Shown one piece after another: positions 9,050 to 19,893 of a stretch of DNA of 64,000 nucleotides. The first letter of the stretch is position 1. Each line of letters begins with the position of its first letter. The DNA lies in contig OZ245006.1 of the NCBI GenBank assembly GCA_965223545.1, positions 1,024,001 to 1,088,000 on the forward strand, written 5' to 3'. The stretch comes from Planctomycetota bacterium. GTDB lineage: Bacteria; Planctomycetota; UBA1135; UBA2386. The notes below the pieces were generated by a model, which saw only the letters and a program-made list of their open reading frames with translations, ran no database searches and was not told the DNA's origin. The position numbers were made by a program, and so were the translations under genes.

Positions 9050-11218
9050 CTACACGCCCAGCCGAACCTCCAGCGTGCTGGTGGTGTCGAAGCGGACCGG
9101 GCCCGGCAATACCGACACACCCTGCACGTACAGCGAGGCGCCCAGTAGCGCCGAGGTCGACGGAACGGCAAGCGGAACCGAAACGAACCCGGTCGGCGTT
9201 TGTCGTGCCAGCACCAACGGCGTCGCCGGCAACAACGGAATCCGCACGGTGCAACTCCCGAGCGCAGTCGCCGCGAGAGAGTCACCCAGCAACACGGCGC
9301 TGAGACCGCCGGCCAAGGCTCCCGGCGATGCCGGCACGAAGTCGAGGCGGAAGGAATCGCTGCCGAGGACGGGAACCCCGACCGGGACGAGTTCAGTGGC
9401 GAGCCCGACCTGGGGACAGGGCAGCAGCACCTTGGTCGCTGCAGCCGCGGTCGTGCGCCCGTAGAGCCACGTCTCGGAAATCGACGACGACGCCTGCTGA
9501 TCCCAGAAGAGGTACGAGACGGCGACGTTGCGCGCACTGTCAAAGGCCATCGCCGACGAGTGCCCCGCCGCAGGCCCCACGACGGGCACCTGGACCCAAT
9601 CCCGTCCATCCCACTCCCAGACCTGCTGTCCGGTGTGGAGCACGGTCCGGGCGCGCACAGAGTCGAACACCATGCCGACGCCCCGACTCGGAGGCGGAGT
9701 GTTGGCTGGCGACGCCTCTCGCCAAGTCACACCGTCCCACTCCCACACATCGTTCATGTCCGCGCCGGTCGCCGCCCTGCCCCCGAACATCACGACCACG
9801 CGCCGGGCAGAGTCGTAGACCATCGACGGTTCGCCCCGCGCGGGCGGTGTCTCTGCCGGATTCCGCTGCACCCAGACTGCGCCATCCCACTCCCAAGTTT
9901 CGGCCAACGGAAACCCACCATAGCCACCGAAGAGCACGAGCCGGCCTCTCGCCGCGTCGTACGCCAACCCCGACCCGGACCGGAACATCGGCGCGCCCGT
10001 CGACGACCGCTGCGTCCAGGTCGCGCCGTCCCACGCGCGCACCGTCCCGAACCAACCATCGTAGAGCAGCATCTCGTCGTTGCGCGCATCGTGCACCAGT
10101 CGCGCGGATCCGCTCCCACTCGGGGCGGCGCCGCCCTGTGCCATCAGCTCCCAACGCAGACCATCCCACTCGTACAGATCGCTGGAGTATTGAGCGCCGA
10201 AGATGCTGCCACCGGTCGCACCAGCGAACAGGACGACGCGCTGCCGGCTGGCGTCGTACGCCACCGTCGGTGCAACCCGACTCCCGGGCCACCGCTCTGG
10301 TTCGAGCTCCGACCACACCGCGCCGTTCCAAGCAAATGTCCCCATGCTCGCGCCCTCCTGCGTCCGGCGACCCAACGCCACGCACTTGCCGATGCTGGGG
10401 TCGAACGCCAGCGCGTGCACGGCGTACATCGGTCCTCTGGGGCCTTGCTGCCACGTCGATCCGTCCCACTCCCAAACGGTGTTGGTGGCCGAGCGAACGC
10501 TCGTCATCACGACCCGTGCCCGCACCGTGTCGAAGGCGACGGCGAGGTTGGGGGCCGGCACAGGCACCAGTGACTGCGGCACCGCGGTCCACGTCGTCCC
10601 ATCCCAGTCCCACAACCGCGTGCCACCAGTCGATTCTCGGCCAGCCAGCAGCGTCTGTTGGCGCACCGAATCGTACGTCATCGAGAACTCCTGAACCGCC
10701 GGGCTGCCGGGAGCAAACCGCTGCGCCCAGGTTGCACCATCCCATTCCCAAGTACCGATGCTGCTGCCGAACAGGACCGCCAGTCCCCGTGCGTTGTCCC
10801 ATTGCATATCGATCGCGGCCCCGCTGAATGGTGCCCCGACCGTGGACAGTAGACGCCAAGTGTTGCCGTCGTACGTCCAGGTGTCGTTCGTGTACACGGT
10901 CATCGCCCCAGGCAATCGCCCCCCGAACTGAAGGACGACTTGCCGCACCGGGTCGTAGGTCATCGCGCCGACCGCCCTCGGTTGTGCCCCAGCCGATCGA
11001 TCCACCCAACGGTTGGTCCGCTCCCACGTCGAGTTCGATCCCGGCACGGAGTTCAAACCTGTGCCGAACAAGACCAACCGCTGCCGATGGTCATCCCACA
11101 CCATGCGGCCGACTCCCTCCGCCAGGCCGGACTGCTGCACCCAAGTGGGCGGCAGCTGCGCAGGCAGCGAACCCACGAACAAACCGAGCAACGCGACCGC
11201 GACGAGGTTTCGCATCAT
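9050..11218 (-). CDS. Secreted Kelch-like (WxWDG) beta-propeller repeat protein with shared C-terminal domain
   Basis: Signal peptide; many M.YD..R..VVLFGG / TWEWDG..W repeats; C-terminal VPLAVP..ALLGASLYVQ. Confidence 0.85.
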   Translation of the reverse strand: MMRNLVAVALLGLFVGSLPAQLPPTWVQQSGLAEGVGRMVWDDHRQRLVLFGTGLNSVPGSNSTWERTNRWVDRSAGAQPRAVGAMTYDPVRQVVLQFGGRLPGAMTVYTNDTWTYDGNTWRLLSTVGAPFSGAAIDMQWDNARGLAVLFGSSIGTWEWDGATWAQRFAPGSPAVQEFSMTYDSVRQQTLLAGRESTGGTRLWDWDGTTWTAVPQSLVPVPAPNLAVAFDTVRARVVMTSVRSATNTVWEWDGSTWQQGPRGPMYAVHALAFDPSIGKCVALGRRTQEGASMGTFAWNGAVWSELEPERWPGSRVAPTVAYDASRQRVVLFAGATGGSIFGAQYSSDLYEWDGLRWELMAQGGAAPSGSGSARLVHDARNDEMLLYDGWFGTVRAWDGATWTQRSSTGAPMFRSGSGLAYDAARGRLVLFGGYGGFPLAETWEWDGAVWVQRNPAETPPARGEPSMVYDSARRVVVMFGGRAATGADMNDVWEWDGVTWREASPANTPPPSRGVGMVFDSVRARTVLHTGQQVWEWDGRDWVQVPVVGPAAGHSSAMAFDSARNVAVSYLFWDQQASSSISETWLYGRTTAAAATKVLLPCPQVGLATELVPVGVPVLGSDSFRLDFVPASPGALAGGLSAVLLGDSLAATALGSCTVRIPLLPATPLVLARQTPTGFVSVPLAVPSTSALLGASLYVQGVSVLPGPVRFDTTSTLEVRLGV

Positions 11219-11334
11219 GCCTCCTACCTACCCCGATTCTCGAACACCTAGGCTCCGGGGTCAATCCGCCGGACCTGCCCTGCCGTGAGGACGCCGCCGG
11301 TCACAACGCTTCTTCGTTCATCTATGCTGCGCCG

Positions 11335-12252
<918 letters not shown>

Positions 12253-12294
12253 CCCGCGGCGGCGCCCGCACCGGCTCCGGCCAACCACTCCGTC

Positions 12295-13269
12295 ATGTCT
12301 CGCCGCGCCTCGATCTCGTTCGCCGTCCTGCTGTGCCTGTGCTTGGCGCAGGTCGGGTGGTGGGTGTACTTCCAGCGGCAGCAGACGCTGACGCTGCACG
12401 CGGTCGACACGGCCCTGGCCCGCGGCGACGCCACTGCCGCCGCCACCCTGCTCGGCGAAGGCGAGCCGGTCGCCACGCGCGCCGACCGTCGCTGGCGGAT
12501 GATCGCGAGCGAAGGCGCCGCCCTGAGCCTGGCAGTGGTGATCGCCGCCGTCCTGTTCTACTTGGCACTGGCGCGCGAGCGGCGCACGCGGGCGGCGCAC
12601 GCGCGCTTCCTCGCCGGCGCCACGCACGAGCTGAAGACTCCGCTGGCAACCCTTCGGCTCGGCCTGGACTCCCTGCGCAGCGGGCGGCTCGACGCCGCGC
12701 GGAGCGTCCAATACGCGAACAGCATGGCCGTTGAAGTCGACCGCCTGCAGCGCGACGTCGAGGACCTGCTGGCGGCCGCCGAGCTGCGCACCACCGAGCA
12801 GCACCTGTGCCTGGAACCCGGTGATCTCGCCGACGACGCCGACGCAGTGCTCGCCGCCTTCGGGCCGCGACTGCAGCGCGAGGGCATCGAGTTGCACCGC
12901 GAGCTGCAGCCGGGCGTCCGCATTCGACGCGACGCGCGCGCGATGGCCACGGTGATCCGCAACCTGCTCGACAACGCGTGCAAATACGGCGGCGGCGGCC
13001 CGGTCTCGATCGCGGTGCGGCGCGAGGGCGATCACGCGGCGTTGTCGGTGCGCGACACCGGGCCGGGGATTCCCGCTGAAGAACGCGGCCAGGTGTTCGA
13101 GCCGCTGTTCCGCGGCAGCCGCGCGCCGCACGTCGGCGGCACCGGTCTGGGCCTGTTCCTCACCGCCCAGCTGGTCCGCCGTCACGGTGGAACCGTGCGC
13201 GCCGGCACCAACCCGGCGGGACGCGGCACCGAGCTACACGTCACTCTCCCACTGGAGAACTCCGCGTGA
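12295..13269 (+). CDS. Two-component sensor histidine kinase
   Basis: Two TM segments, H-box THELKTPL, N-box NLLDNACKY, DTGPGI, GTGLGL. Confidence 0.92.
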   Translation: MSRRASISFAVLLCLCLAQVGWWVYFQRQQTLTLHAVDTALARGDATAAATLLGEGEPVATRADRRWRMIASEGAALSLAVVIAAVLFYLALARERRTRAAHARFLAGATHELKTPLATLRLGLDSLRSGRLDAARSVQYANSMAVEVDRLQRDVEDLLAAAELRTTEQHLCLEPGDLADDADAVLAAFGPRLQREGIELHRELQPGVRIRRDARAMATVIRNLLDNACKYGGGGPVSIAVRREGDHAALSVRDTGPGIPAEERGQVFEPLFRGSRAPHVGGTGLGLFLTAQLVRRHGGTVRAGTNPAGRGTELHVTLPLENSA

Positions 13270-13967
13270 CGCGCTGGATCTTGGTGGTCGAGGACGAGGC
13301 GCCGCTGGCGACGATGCTGTGCGACAACTTGCAGCTCGACGGCCACGGCACGCAGTGGGCCGCCGACGGTGAGCTGGCGCTCGCCGAGCTGGCCGCGCGC
13401 CGGTTCGATCTGGTGATCCTCGACGTGATGTTGCCCGGGCGCAACGGCCTCGCCGTGTTGCGCACCATGCGCGGCCGGGGCGACGACACCCCGGTCTTGA
13501 TGCTGTCGGCCAAGGGCACCGACGACGACCGCATCCGCGGACTCGAGCTCGCGGCCGACGACTACCTGGCCAAGCCTTTCCACCTGCGCGAACTGCTTCT
13601 GCGGGTGAGCGCGCTGCTGCGGCGCGCGGCGGTGCCGGCTCCGGCCACCGACCGCCTCCGGATCGGCGGCAACTCGATCGATTTTCGCGGCCAACGACTG
13701 TCGTCGTGGCGCGGGGAGGAGCACGCGCTCAGCGCGACCCAGACGCGGCTGCTGCGTCTGCTCGCCAGCCACTGCGGCGGCGTGGTCGCGCGCCGCGAAG
13801 TCGTCGAACGCCTGTTCGGCCCGGCCACTCCGGTCACTGCGCGCACGGTCGACAACTTGGTTGCCGAGCTGCGGCGCCGCCTCGAGCCCGACCGGACCGC
13901 GCCGCGCTACCTGCAAACCGTGCGCGGCATCGGCTGGCGCCTGCGGCTCGACGACGACAGCGGATGA
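13266..13967 (+). CDS. OmpR-family response regulator
   Basis: LVVEDE, ILDVMLP, ADDYLAKPF, winged helix ending TVRGIGWRL; GTGA overlap with the kinase. Confidence 0.93.
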   Translation: MTRWILVVEDEAPLATMLCDNLQLDGHGTQWAADGELALAELAARRFDLVILDVMLPGRNGLAVLRTMRGRGDDTPVLMLSAKGTDDDRIRGLELAADDYLAKPFHLRELLLRVSALLRRAAVPAPATDRLRIGGNSIDFRGQRLSSWRGEEHALSATQTRLLRLLASHCGGVVARREVVERLFGPATPVTARTVDNLVAELRRRLEPDRTAPRYLQTVRGIGWRLRLDDDSG

Positions 13968-14012
13968 CAGTCGCGTGACATTGCGGGGGGCGCTCGCCGC
14001 TCCGTTGTCGGC

Positions 14013-15113
14013 ATGTCGAAAGCCAGCTTCACTGCCGCCCTCGTGGCACTCTCCGCGCCCCTGATGGCGCAGACCACCGTCGACCTGCCGGCCGGCTTCA
14101 GCCCCACCAACGCCGAGCTGTCAGGCTTCACGCTGGTGCCGCTGATGCAGAGCAACGCGCGGGTGCAGATGTTCTACCGCGGCGCACAAGCGCCGGCGGC
14201 GCCGCTGACCGCAACCGCCCTCGAGCTGCGCTTCGACGGTCCGATCCCGGCGGTCGGCAGCCCCGGGCCGTTCCAAGTCCAGCGGCTCCAGCTGCGCGTG
14301 GGCACGACCGCCATCGCCCAGCCCGGCGCGGTGTTCGCCAACAACCTGACCACGCCGCTGGCCACCGTCTTCGACGGACCGGCGACCTACTGGCCGGACC
14401 AGGGCAGCCAAGTGCCCGCGCCGTGGGGCGGCCTGAACGGCGGCCTGCACTTTGCGTTCTCGGCGCCGCTTCCCGTCACCGTCGCGGCCGGTGAGTGGTT
14501 GGTCGTCGAGATGATCGTCGAGAGCAACAACATCCTCGGCGGGGCGCACGCGATCCTCGACGGCGAGACCGGTCCCGGCGGCCCCGCCGACGGCGGCGCC
14601 ACCAACTCGGGCCAAGGCTGCGCCATCTCCGCCGGCGCGCCGACGGCGACCGCCAGCTCGACCGGAACGCGCGCCCCCGGCGCCGCCCACACGCTCACCG
14701 CGCAGGGCCTACAGCCGACCGCCCCGGCGCTGGCGGCGATCGGCCTCAGCGACTCGACCAGCAGCTTCGGCCCGCTGCCGCTGCCGCTGCCCGGCAGCAA
14801 CTGCACCATCCTCGGCAGCGCCGACTTGGTTCTGCCGGCCTTCACCGATCTCGGCGGCAGCCTCATCGTGCCGTTGCCAGTGCCCGCCAACCCCGCGCTC
14901 AACGGCGTCGTACTCCACGAGCAGGCGTTTGCCGTCGCACCCGGCGCCAACCCGTGGAACCTGGTCGCCACCGATCTGCACAGCGTGCAGCTGGGCGCGT
15001 TCACGCCGCCGGCCAGCGACTTCTACACCGTTTGCCACGACAGCGATGCCGCCGCCCCGGTGGCGCAGTTCGCCAGCGAGTTCGGCTACGCCCTGCGCCT
15101 GATCGGGCAGTGA
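14013..15113 (+). CDS. Secreted protein of unknown function containing the shared domain
   Basis: Signal peptide (MSKASFTAALVALSAPLMAQ); GQGC...GSNC...VPLPVPANPALNGVVLHEQ. Confidence 0.75.
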   Translation: MSKASFTAALVALSAPLMAQTTVDLPAGFSPTNAELSGFTLVPLMQSNARVQMFYRGAQAPAAPLTATALELRFDGPIPAVGSPGPFQVQRLQLRVGTTAIAQPGAVFANNLTTPLATVFDGPATYWPDQGSQVPAPWGGLNGGLHFAFSAPLPVTVAAGEWLVVEMIVESNNILGGAHAILDGETGPGGPADGGATNSGQGCAISAGAPTATASSTGTRAPGAAHTLTAQGLQPTAPALAAIGLSDSTSSFGPLPLPLPGSNCTILGSADLVLPAFTDLGGSLIVPLPVPANPALNGVVLHEQAFAVAPGANPWNLVATDLHSVQLGAFTPPASDFYTVCHDSDAAAPVAQFASEFGYALRLIGQ

Positions 15114-15128
15114 CGCCCACGGCGGCGG

Positions 15129-16226
15129 TCAACCGTTTGTCGCGGCCTCGCCGGCGGCGAGCGGCGCCGCCACCTCGACCCGGTCGCGGCCGTTTGCCTT
15201 GGCCGCGTACAACGCGGCGTCGGCCGCCGAGAGCAGCACGTGCCGCGCGACCCGGCGCTCGCCCTGCACCGTGGCCACACCGACGCTCGCCGTCACCGGC
15301 CGGCGCAGATCGGCCGCGCTCTCGTGCAGCTCGTGCACGGCCTTGCGAGCGGCCTCGGCGATGCGCCGCGCGCCCGCCGCGTCAGTGCGCGGCAACAACA
15401 CCGCGAACTCCTCGCCACCCCACCGAGCGACGACGTCGGTCTTGCGCTGCAAGACCGACGCCACGCACCGGCCGACGCGGCGCAGGCAGGCGTCGCCCGC
15501 CAGGTGGCCGAACTCGTCGTTGTAGCTCTTGAACCGGTCGACATCGATCATCAGCACCGACAGCGGCTCGCGCTGGCGCGCGGCGCGCGCCAGCTCGCGG
15601 TCTAGGTCGCGCTCGAACAACCGGCGATTGCCGACCTCGGTCAACGGGTCGTAGAGCAGCTTCTCTTGCAGGTCCTGGTTGACGTCGTGCAACAACGTGG
15701 TCGAGGCCAGCAGCTCGTGCAGATCGTCCGCCAGCACGACGCCGCGCAGGATGCCGTCTTTGTCGCGAATCGGCGACAGCGTGGTGCGCGCGGCGGTCAG
15801 CACCAAATCCGGCGCCTCGTCGCCCCCCGTCTCCAGCCAAAACCGCGCGACATCGCGCACCGTCTCGCCACCGCGACAGCGCTGCAACAGACCGTCGAAC
15901 TCCGCGCGACCGGCCGCCGGCACGAGCGTGCGCAGCGGCCGCCCGAGCACCGCGCGCCGCTGACAGCCGTAACGCTCCTCCGCGGCGGGGTTGATATCGG
16001 TGACCGTGCCGTCCGCATCCGCGACGACGATCGGCACCGCCGCCTTGGTGAACAACAGGGAGAGCTTGGCCAGCGCCGCCTGGGTCTGCTCGAGCTCCAA
16101 CTGCGCCAACTCGAGCCGCTCCCGCGTGTGGGCGAGCTCGGCGCGCAAGCCCGCGACGGTCGCGGCGGCACCAGCCGCGCGGCCCTGCGTCTCGGGAGGC
16201 AGTGAGGATGGCGGGAGAGAAGCCAC
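15129..16226 (-). CDS. PAS-domain diguanylate cyclase
   Basis: Coiled coil, PAS, DPLTEVGNRR, IDVDRFKSYND, I-site RKTD, RWGGEEF; GTG start estimated. Confidence 0.9.
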   Translation of the reverse strand: MASLPPSSLPPETQGRAAGAAATVAGLRAELAHTRERLELAQLELEQTQAALAKLSLLFTKAAVPIVVADADGTVTDINPAAEERYGCQRRAVLGRPLRTLVPAAGRAEFDGLLQRCRGGETVRDVARFWLETGGDEAPDLVLTAARTTLSPIRDKDGILRGVVLADDLHELLASTTLLHDVNQDLQEKLLYDPLTEVGNRRLFERDLDRELARAARQREPLSVLMIDVDRFKSYNDEFGHLAGDACLRRVGRCVASVLQRKTDVVARWGGEEFAVLLPRTDAAGARRIAEAARKAVHELHESAADLRRPVTASVGVATVQGERRVARHVLLSAADAALYAAKANGRDRVEVAAPLAAGEAATNG

Positions 16227-16382
16227 GCGGGCGGTATCGCACCGCCACGCCCGCGGGACAACCGATTTCTCGTGTGACGTCTGCGGATTGGCGAGGCCAA
16301 AGCTCATCGCCAGATGTGCTCGGAGCCGGCGCAAGGGTGGTCCGCGTCTTCGTTGGTATACTCCGGCCAGGAGGTGCGCCCC

Positions 16383-19112
16383 ATGCAGCTCGTCACGGGA
16401 ACCCGACCACCAGCAATCGGCTGGCGTGCACTCGACGTCGTACTCACCGCGGCGATCCTCGCCGCGCTCGCCGCAACCACTGCCGCGCAGCAGCAGTTCG
16501 ACGAGCTGCGCAAGCGGGGCTTGCCACCGGATCGCTGGGACACCCAATCCGTGGCGATGGGTGATCTCGACGGCGACGGCGACCTCGACCTGGTCTGCGC
16601 CAACGGCTCCGAGGCGAGCTGGAAGTACTGGTACGTCTTCGGCCAGCAGAACCAGCTGTTCCTCGGCGACGGCCACAACGGGTCGTTCACCGAGGCCACG
16701 GGCACCCGCATGCCCGTCGACCAGGACTATTCGCGGGCCGTGGCGCTCGGAGACCTGGACAACGACGGCGACCTCGACATCGTGTTCGGCAACGTCTATG
16801 CGAAGCTCAAGCTGTACCTGAACGACGGCACCGGTGTGTTCTCCGACGGCCCGTCGCGCGTACCAACGGTTTTCGACGCCACGGCGGTCGCGCTCGACGA
16901 CGTCGACGGGGATGGTGACCTCGACATCGTCTGCGGCACCAACCGGCTCTTCACGTACACCCCGCAGGATCGCCTCCTTCTGAACGACGGCACGGGCGTC
17001 TTTCGAGACGTGACCGCGACACACTTGCCTCCCGGCTACTACGCCACCGCCGACATCGCCTTCGGCGATGTCGACGGCGACGGCGACCTGGACCTGCTCC
17101 TCGCGACGACCCTATACCCCAAGCGGAGCAGCCGGCTCTACCTGAATGACGGCACCGGCATCTTCACCGACGCAACCGCTGCGCGGCTGCCGAGTGTCCC
17201 GGAGTCGGTGCTGTCCGTGGCGCTCGGTGACGTCGATGGGGACGGCGACCTAGACCTGGTCTGGGGGATCACGCGCTGGGGAAACCCGACACCCCAGAAC
17301 CGGCTCCTCCTCAACGACGGCTCCGGTCGATTCGCCGATGCCACGGCAGCGCAGATGCCCGTCGACACCGACGACACCACCGCCCTGGTGTTGGCCGACT
17401 TGGACGGCGACAGCGATCTCGACCTGGTTCTCGGCAACGACTGGCAGCCCAATCGCCTCTACCGCAACGACGGCACCGGGACCTTCGCCTCGGCAACCTC
17501 TGGCTGGCTGCCGACGCGCTACTTTACGCCGTCCATCGCCCTCGGCGATATTGATCTCGACGGCGATCTCGACGTCCTGTTCGGCAACTCTGGTGTTCAA
17601 TTCGACCCGGCCCCGCCGAACGAACTCTACCTCAACGACGGCACTGGCACGTTCGACGATGCCGAGCCCTCGGGCCTCCCCGAGGACGTCGACGGCGGCC
17701 GCGATGTCGCGCTGGCAGACGTCGACAGCGACGGCGATCTGGACCTCGTAGTGGCCAACGCATACGGCCCCCAGGGGCAACAGAACCGCCTGTACTTGAA
17801 CGATGGTATCGGGGCCTACGGCGACGCGACGGCGGCGCACCTGCCCGCTCGACAGGATTACAGCGCCGCGATCGCGCTTGGCGACGTCGACGCCGATGGC
17901 GACCTCGACCTCGTCTTCGGCAACTTCTATTCCCCACCCTACGTCGGGGAGCAGAACCGCCTCTACCTCAACAATGGCTCAGGCATCTTCACCGACGTCA
18001 CCGCCGCGCAGCTGCCGTTCGACAACGACGGAACCGAGGACCTGGCGTTGGGTGACGTCGACGGTGACGGCGACCTCGACCTCGCGCTCGCAAACAGTAA
18101 TGGCCAGGATCGACTGTACCTGAACGACGGATCCGGCACGTTCGTCGACGTCACCGCGGCGCACATGCCGCAGGATGCGGACTTCACGAACGCGGTCGTG
18201 TTCGGTGACGTCGACGGCGATGGCGACCTCGACCTCGTCTTTGGAGGCTCTCTTTGGCGCACGACGAGCCGGCTCTACCTGAACGACGGATCCGGCAGGT
18301 TCGCCGACGTCACCGGCACCCACATCGGGCCGCGCTCCAGTAGCACCTCTGGAACGCTGGGACTCATCCTCGTGGACATCGACGGAGACTCGGATCTGGA
18401 CCTCGTCGAAGCCAACTGCAGCCAGAACGCTTTGTACCTCAACGACGGCACCGGCAAGTTCACCGACGCGACCGCAACGCACATGCCGGTCGACTGGTCG
18501 TGCGGTCGGGCCGTGGCCGCGGGCGACGTCGATCTCGACGGCGATCTCGATCTGGTGTTCGGCAACGCGCGCGACGTGTTCCTCCAGGACAGCCTCTATC
18601 TCAACGACGGCACCGGCAGGTTTGCCGACGTGACCGCGGCGCGCATGCTCAAGAACAACACCGACACCTCGGCAATCGCGCTCGGCGACGTTGACGACGA
18701 TGGCGACCTCGACCTCGTGTTCGCCAACTTCGGAGAGCCCAACGAGCTCCAGCTCAACCTGCTGCGTCAGCTCGACACGCCTCACCCATTGCGCGCCGGC
18801 CGCACGTATACGCTGGACGCGTACGCGCGCTGCGGCCCGTTCCGCCCCGCCGACCTCGCCCTGCCCTTCGCCGCCACCGGCCGCGCCGCGGTCCCGGTGC
18901 CACCGCTGGGCATCGTCGGCCTGGACCCGACGCAGACCGTGGCGCTGCCACCGTTTCTCGTGCCTCACCCCGCGGGCGTCGCTTCGATCTCGCTGCCCGT
19001 GCCCAACCTGCCCTCGCTGGTCGGCACGACGCTCTCCGCGCAGGCCGTGCTGGTCCCGTTCCCCTACCCGGCACGACTCACCGGCGTTGTCTCCGACGTG
19101 CTGACCCGATAG
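16383..19112 (+). CDS. Secreted FG-GAP/VCBS repeat protein (14 repeats) with shared C-terminal domain
   Basis: GGAGG RBS; 14 xD[VLI]DxD[GS]DLD repeats, most followed by LYLNDG; C-terminal SLPVPNLPSLVGTTLSAQ. Confidence 0.9.
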   Translation: MQLVTGTRPPAIGWRALDVVLTAAILAALAATTAAQQQFDELRKRGLPPDRWDTQSVAMGDLDGDGDLDLVCANGSEASWKYWYVFGQQNQLFLGDGHNGSFTEATGTRMPVDQDYSRAVALGDLDNDGDLDIVFGNVYAKLKLYLNDGTGVFSDGPSRVPTVFDATAVALDDVDGDGDLDIVCGTNRLFTYTPQDRLLLNDGTGVFRDVTATHLPPGYYATADIAFGDVDGDGDLDLLLATTLYPKRSSRLYLNDGTGIFTDATAARLPSVPESVLSVALGDVDGDGDLDLVWGITRWGNPTPQNRLLLNDGSGRFADATAAQMPVDTDDTTALVLADLDGDSDLDLVLGNDWQPNRLYRNDGTGTFASATSGWLPTRYFTPSIALGDIDLDGDLDVLFGNSGVQFDPAPPNELYLNDGTGTFDDAEPSGLPEDVDGGRDVALADVDSDGDLDLVVANAYGPQGQQNRLYLNDGIGAYGDATAAHLPARQDYSAAIALGDVDADGDLDLVFGNFYSPPYVGEQNRLYLNNGSGIFTDVTAAQLPFDNDGTEDLALGDVDGDGDLDLALANSNGQDRLYLNDGSGTFVDVTAAHMPQDADFTNAVVFGDVDGDGDLDLVFGGSLWRTTSRLYLNDGSGRFADVTGTHIGPRSSSTSGTLGLILVDIDGDSDLDLVEANCSQNALYLNDGTGKFTDATATHMPVDWSCGRAVAAGDVDLDGDLDLVFGNARDVFLQDSLYLNDGTGRFADVTAARMLKNNTDTSAIALGDVDDDGDLDLVFANFGEPNELQLNLLRQLDTPHPLRAGRTYTLDAYARCGPFRPADLALPFAATGRAAVPVPPLGIVGLDPTQTVALPPFLVPHPAGVASISLPVPNLPSLVGTTLSAQAVLVPFPYPARLTGVVSDVLTR

Positions 19113-19182
19113 GTCGGGCCGGGGTTGCGCTTCTCCGCGCGGCAAACTGGCAACCGCCGCCGGGCGCGCTACCCTTCGAGGC

Positions 19183-19878
19183 ATGGTGCGCCGAACCCCC
19201 CATGCCATCGAGCCCCCCACCCGTGTGTATCTGGTCGGCGCGCACTCCACCGGCAAGACCACGCTGGCGCGCTGGATCCGCGACCGCTACGGCCTGCCGA
19301 TGATCTCCGAGGTCGCGCGCGGCGTGCTGGCGGAGATGGAGGCCCAGCTCGCCGCCCTGCGCAGCGACGTCGACCTCGTCAACCGCTACCAGAGCGAGGT
19401 GTTTGCCCGGCAGATCGACGCCGAGCAGCAGCAGGCGAGCGGCTTCGTCTCGGACCGCGCGTTCTGCAACCTCGCCTACGCGGCGCAGCACTCGACGGTG
19501 CTCGCGGACATCGCTGGCGACCCTCGCCTGCGGACGTACATGGAGCACGTGCGCAGTGGGCTGGTGTTCTACGTCCGGCCACACCGCGTGCTGCTGGCGG
19601 AGGACGGCGTGCGCGAGAGCCCCGACTGGGAGGAGTGCCTGCGCATCGACGGCATGGTGAAGCTGATGCTCGAGATGTTCGCCATCCCCTACGTGCCGGT
19701 CGCTTCGCTGTCGATGCAAGAGCGGGTGCGCCTGATCCAGCGCGTGCTCGACCTCGCCGGTCTCACGCCCGTCGAGCCGCGCCCGCCGGCACGCCCGACC
19801 GAGCACCCGGCCGCGGCCGACGGTGGCCGCGCCGCGACCAACGGCGTCAAGCCGACGCCGGCGACGGGCCGCGGCTGA
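19183..19878 (+). CDS. AAA_28 / NadR-kinase-like P-loop NTPase
   Basis: Walker A GAHSTGKTT, ISEVAR, FVSDR, EDGVR. Confidence 0.75.
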   Translation: MVRRTPHAIEPPTRVYLVGAHSTGKTTLARWIRDRYGLPMISEVARGVLAEMEAQLAALRSDVDLVNRYQSEVFARQIDAEQQQASGFVSDRAFCNLAYAAQHSTVLADIAGDPRLRTYMEHVRSGLVFYVRPHRVLLAEDGVRESPDWEECLRIDGMVKLMLEMFAIPYVPVASLSMQERVRLIQRVLDLAGLTPVEPRPPARPTEHPAAADGGRAATNGVKPTPATGRG

Positions 19879-19893
19879 CTCCGCCTTGGCGCG

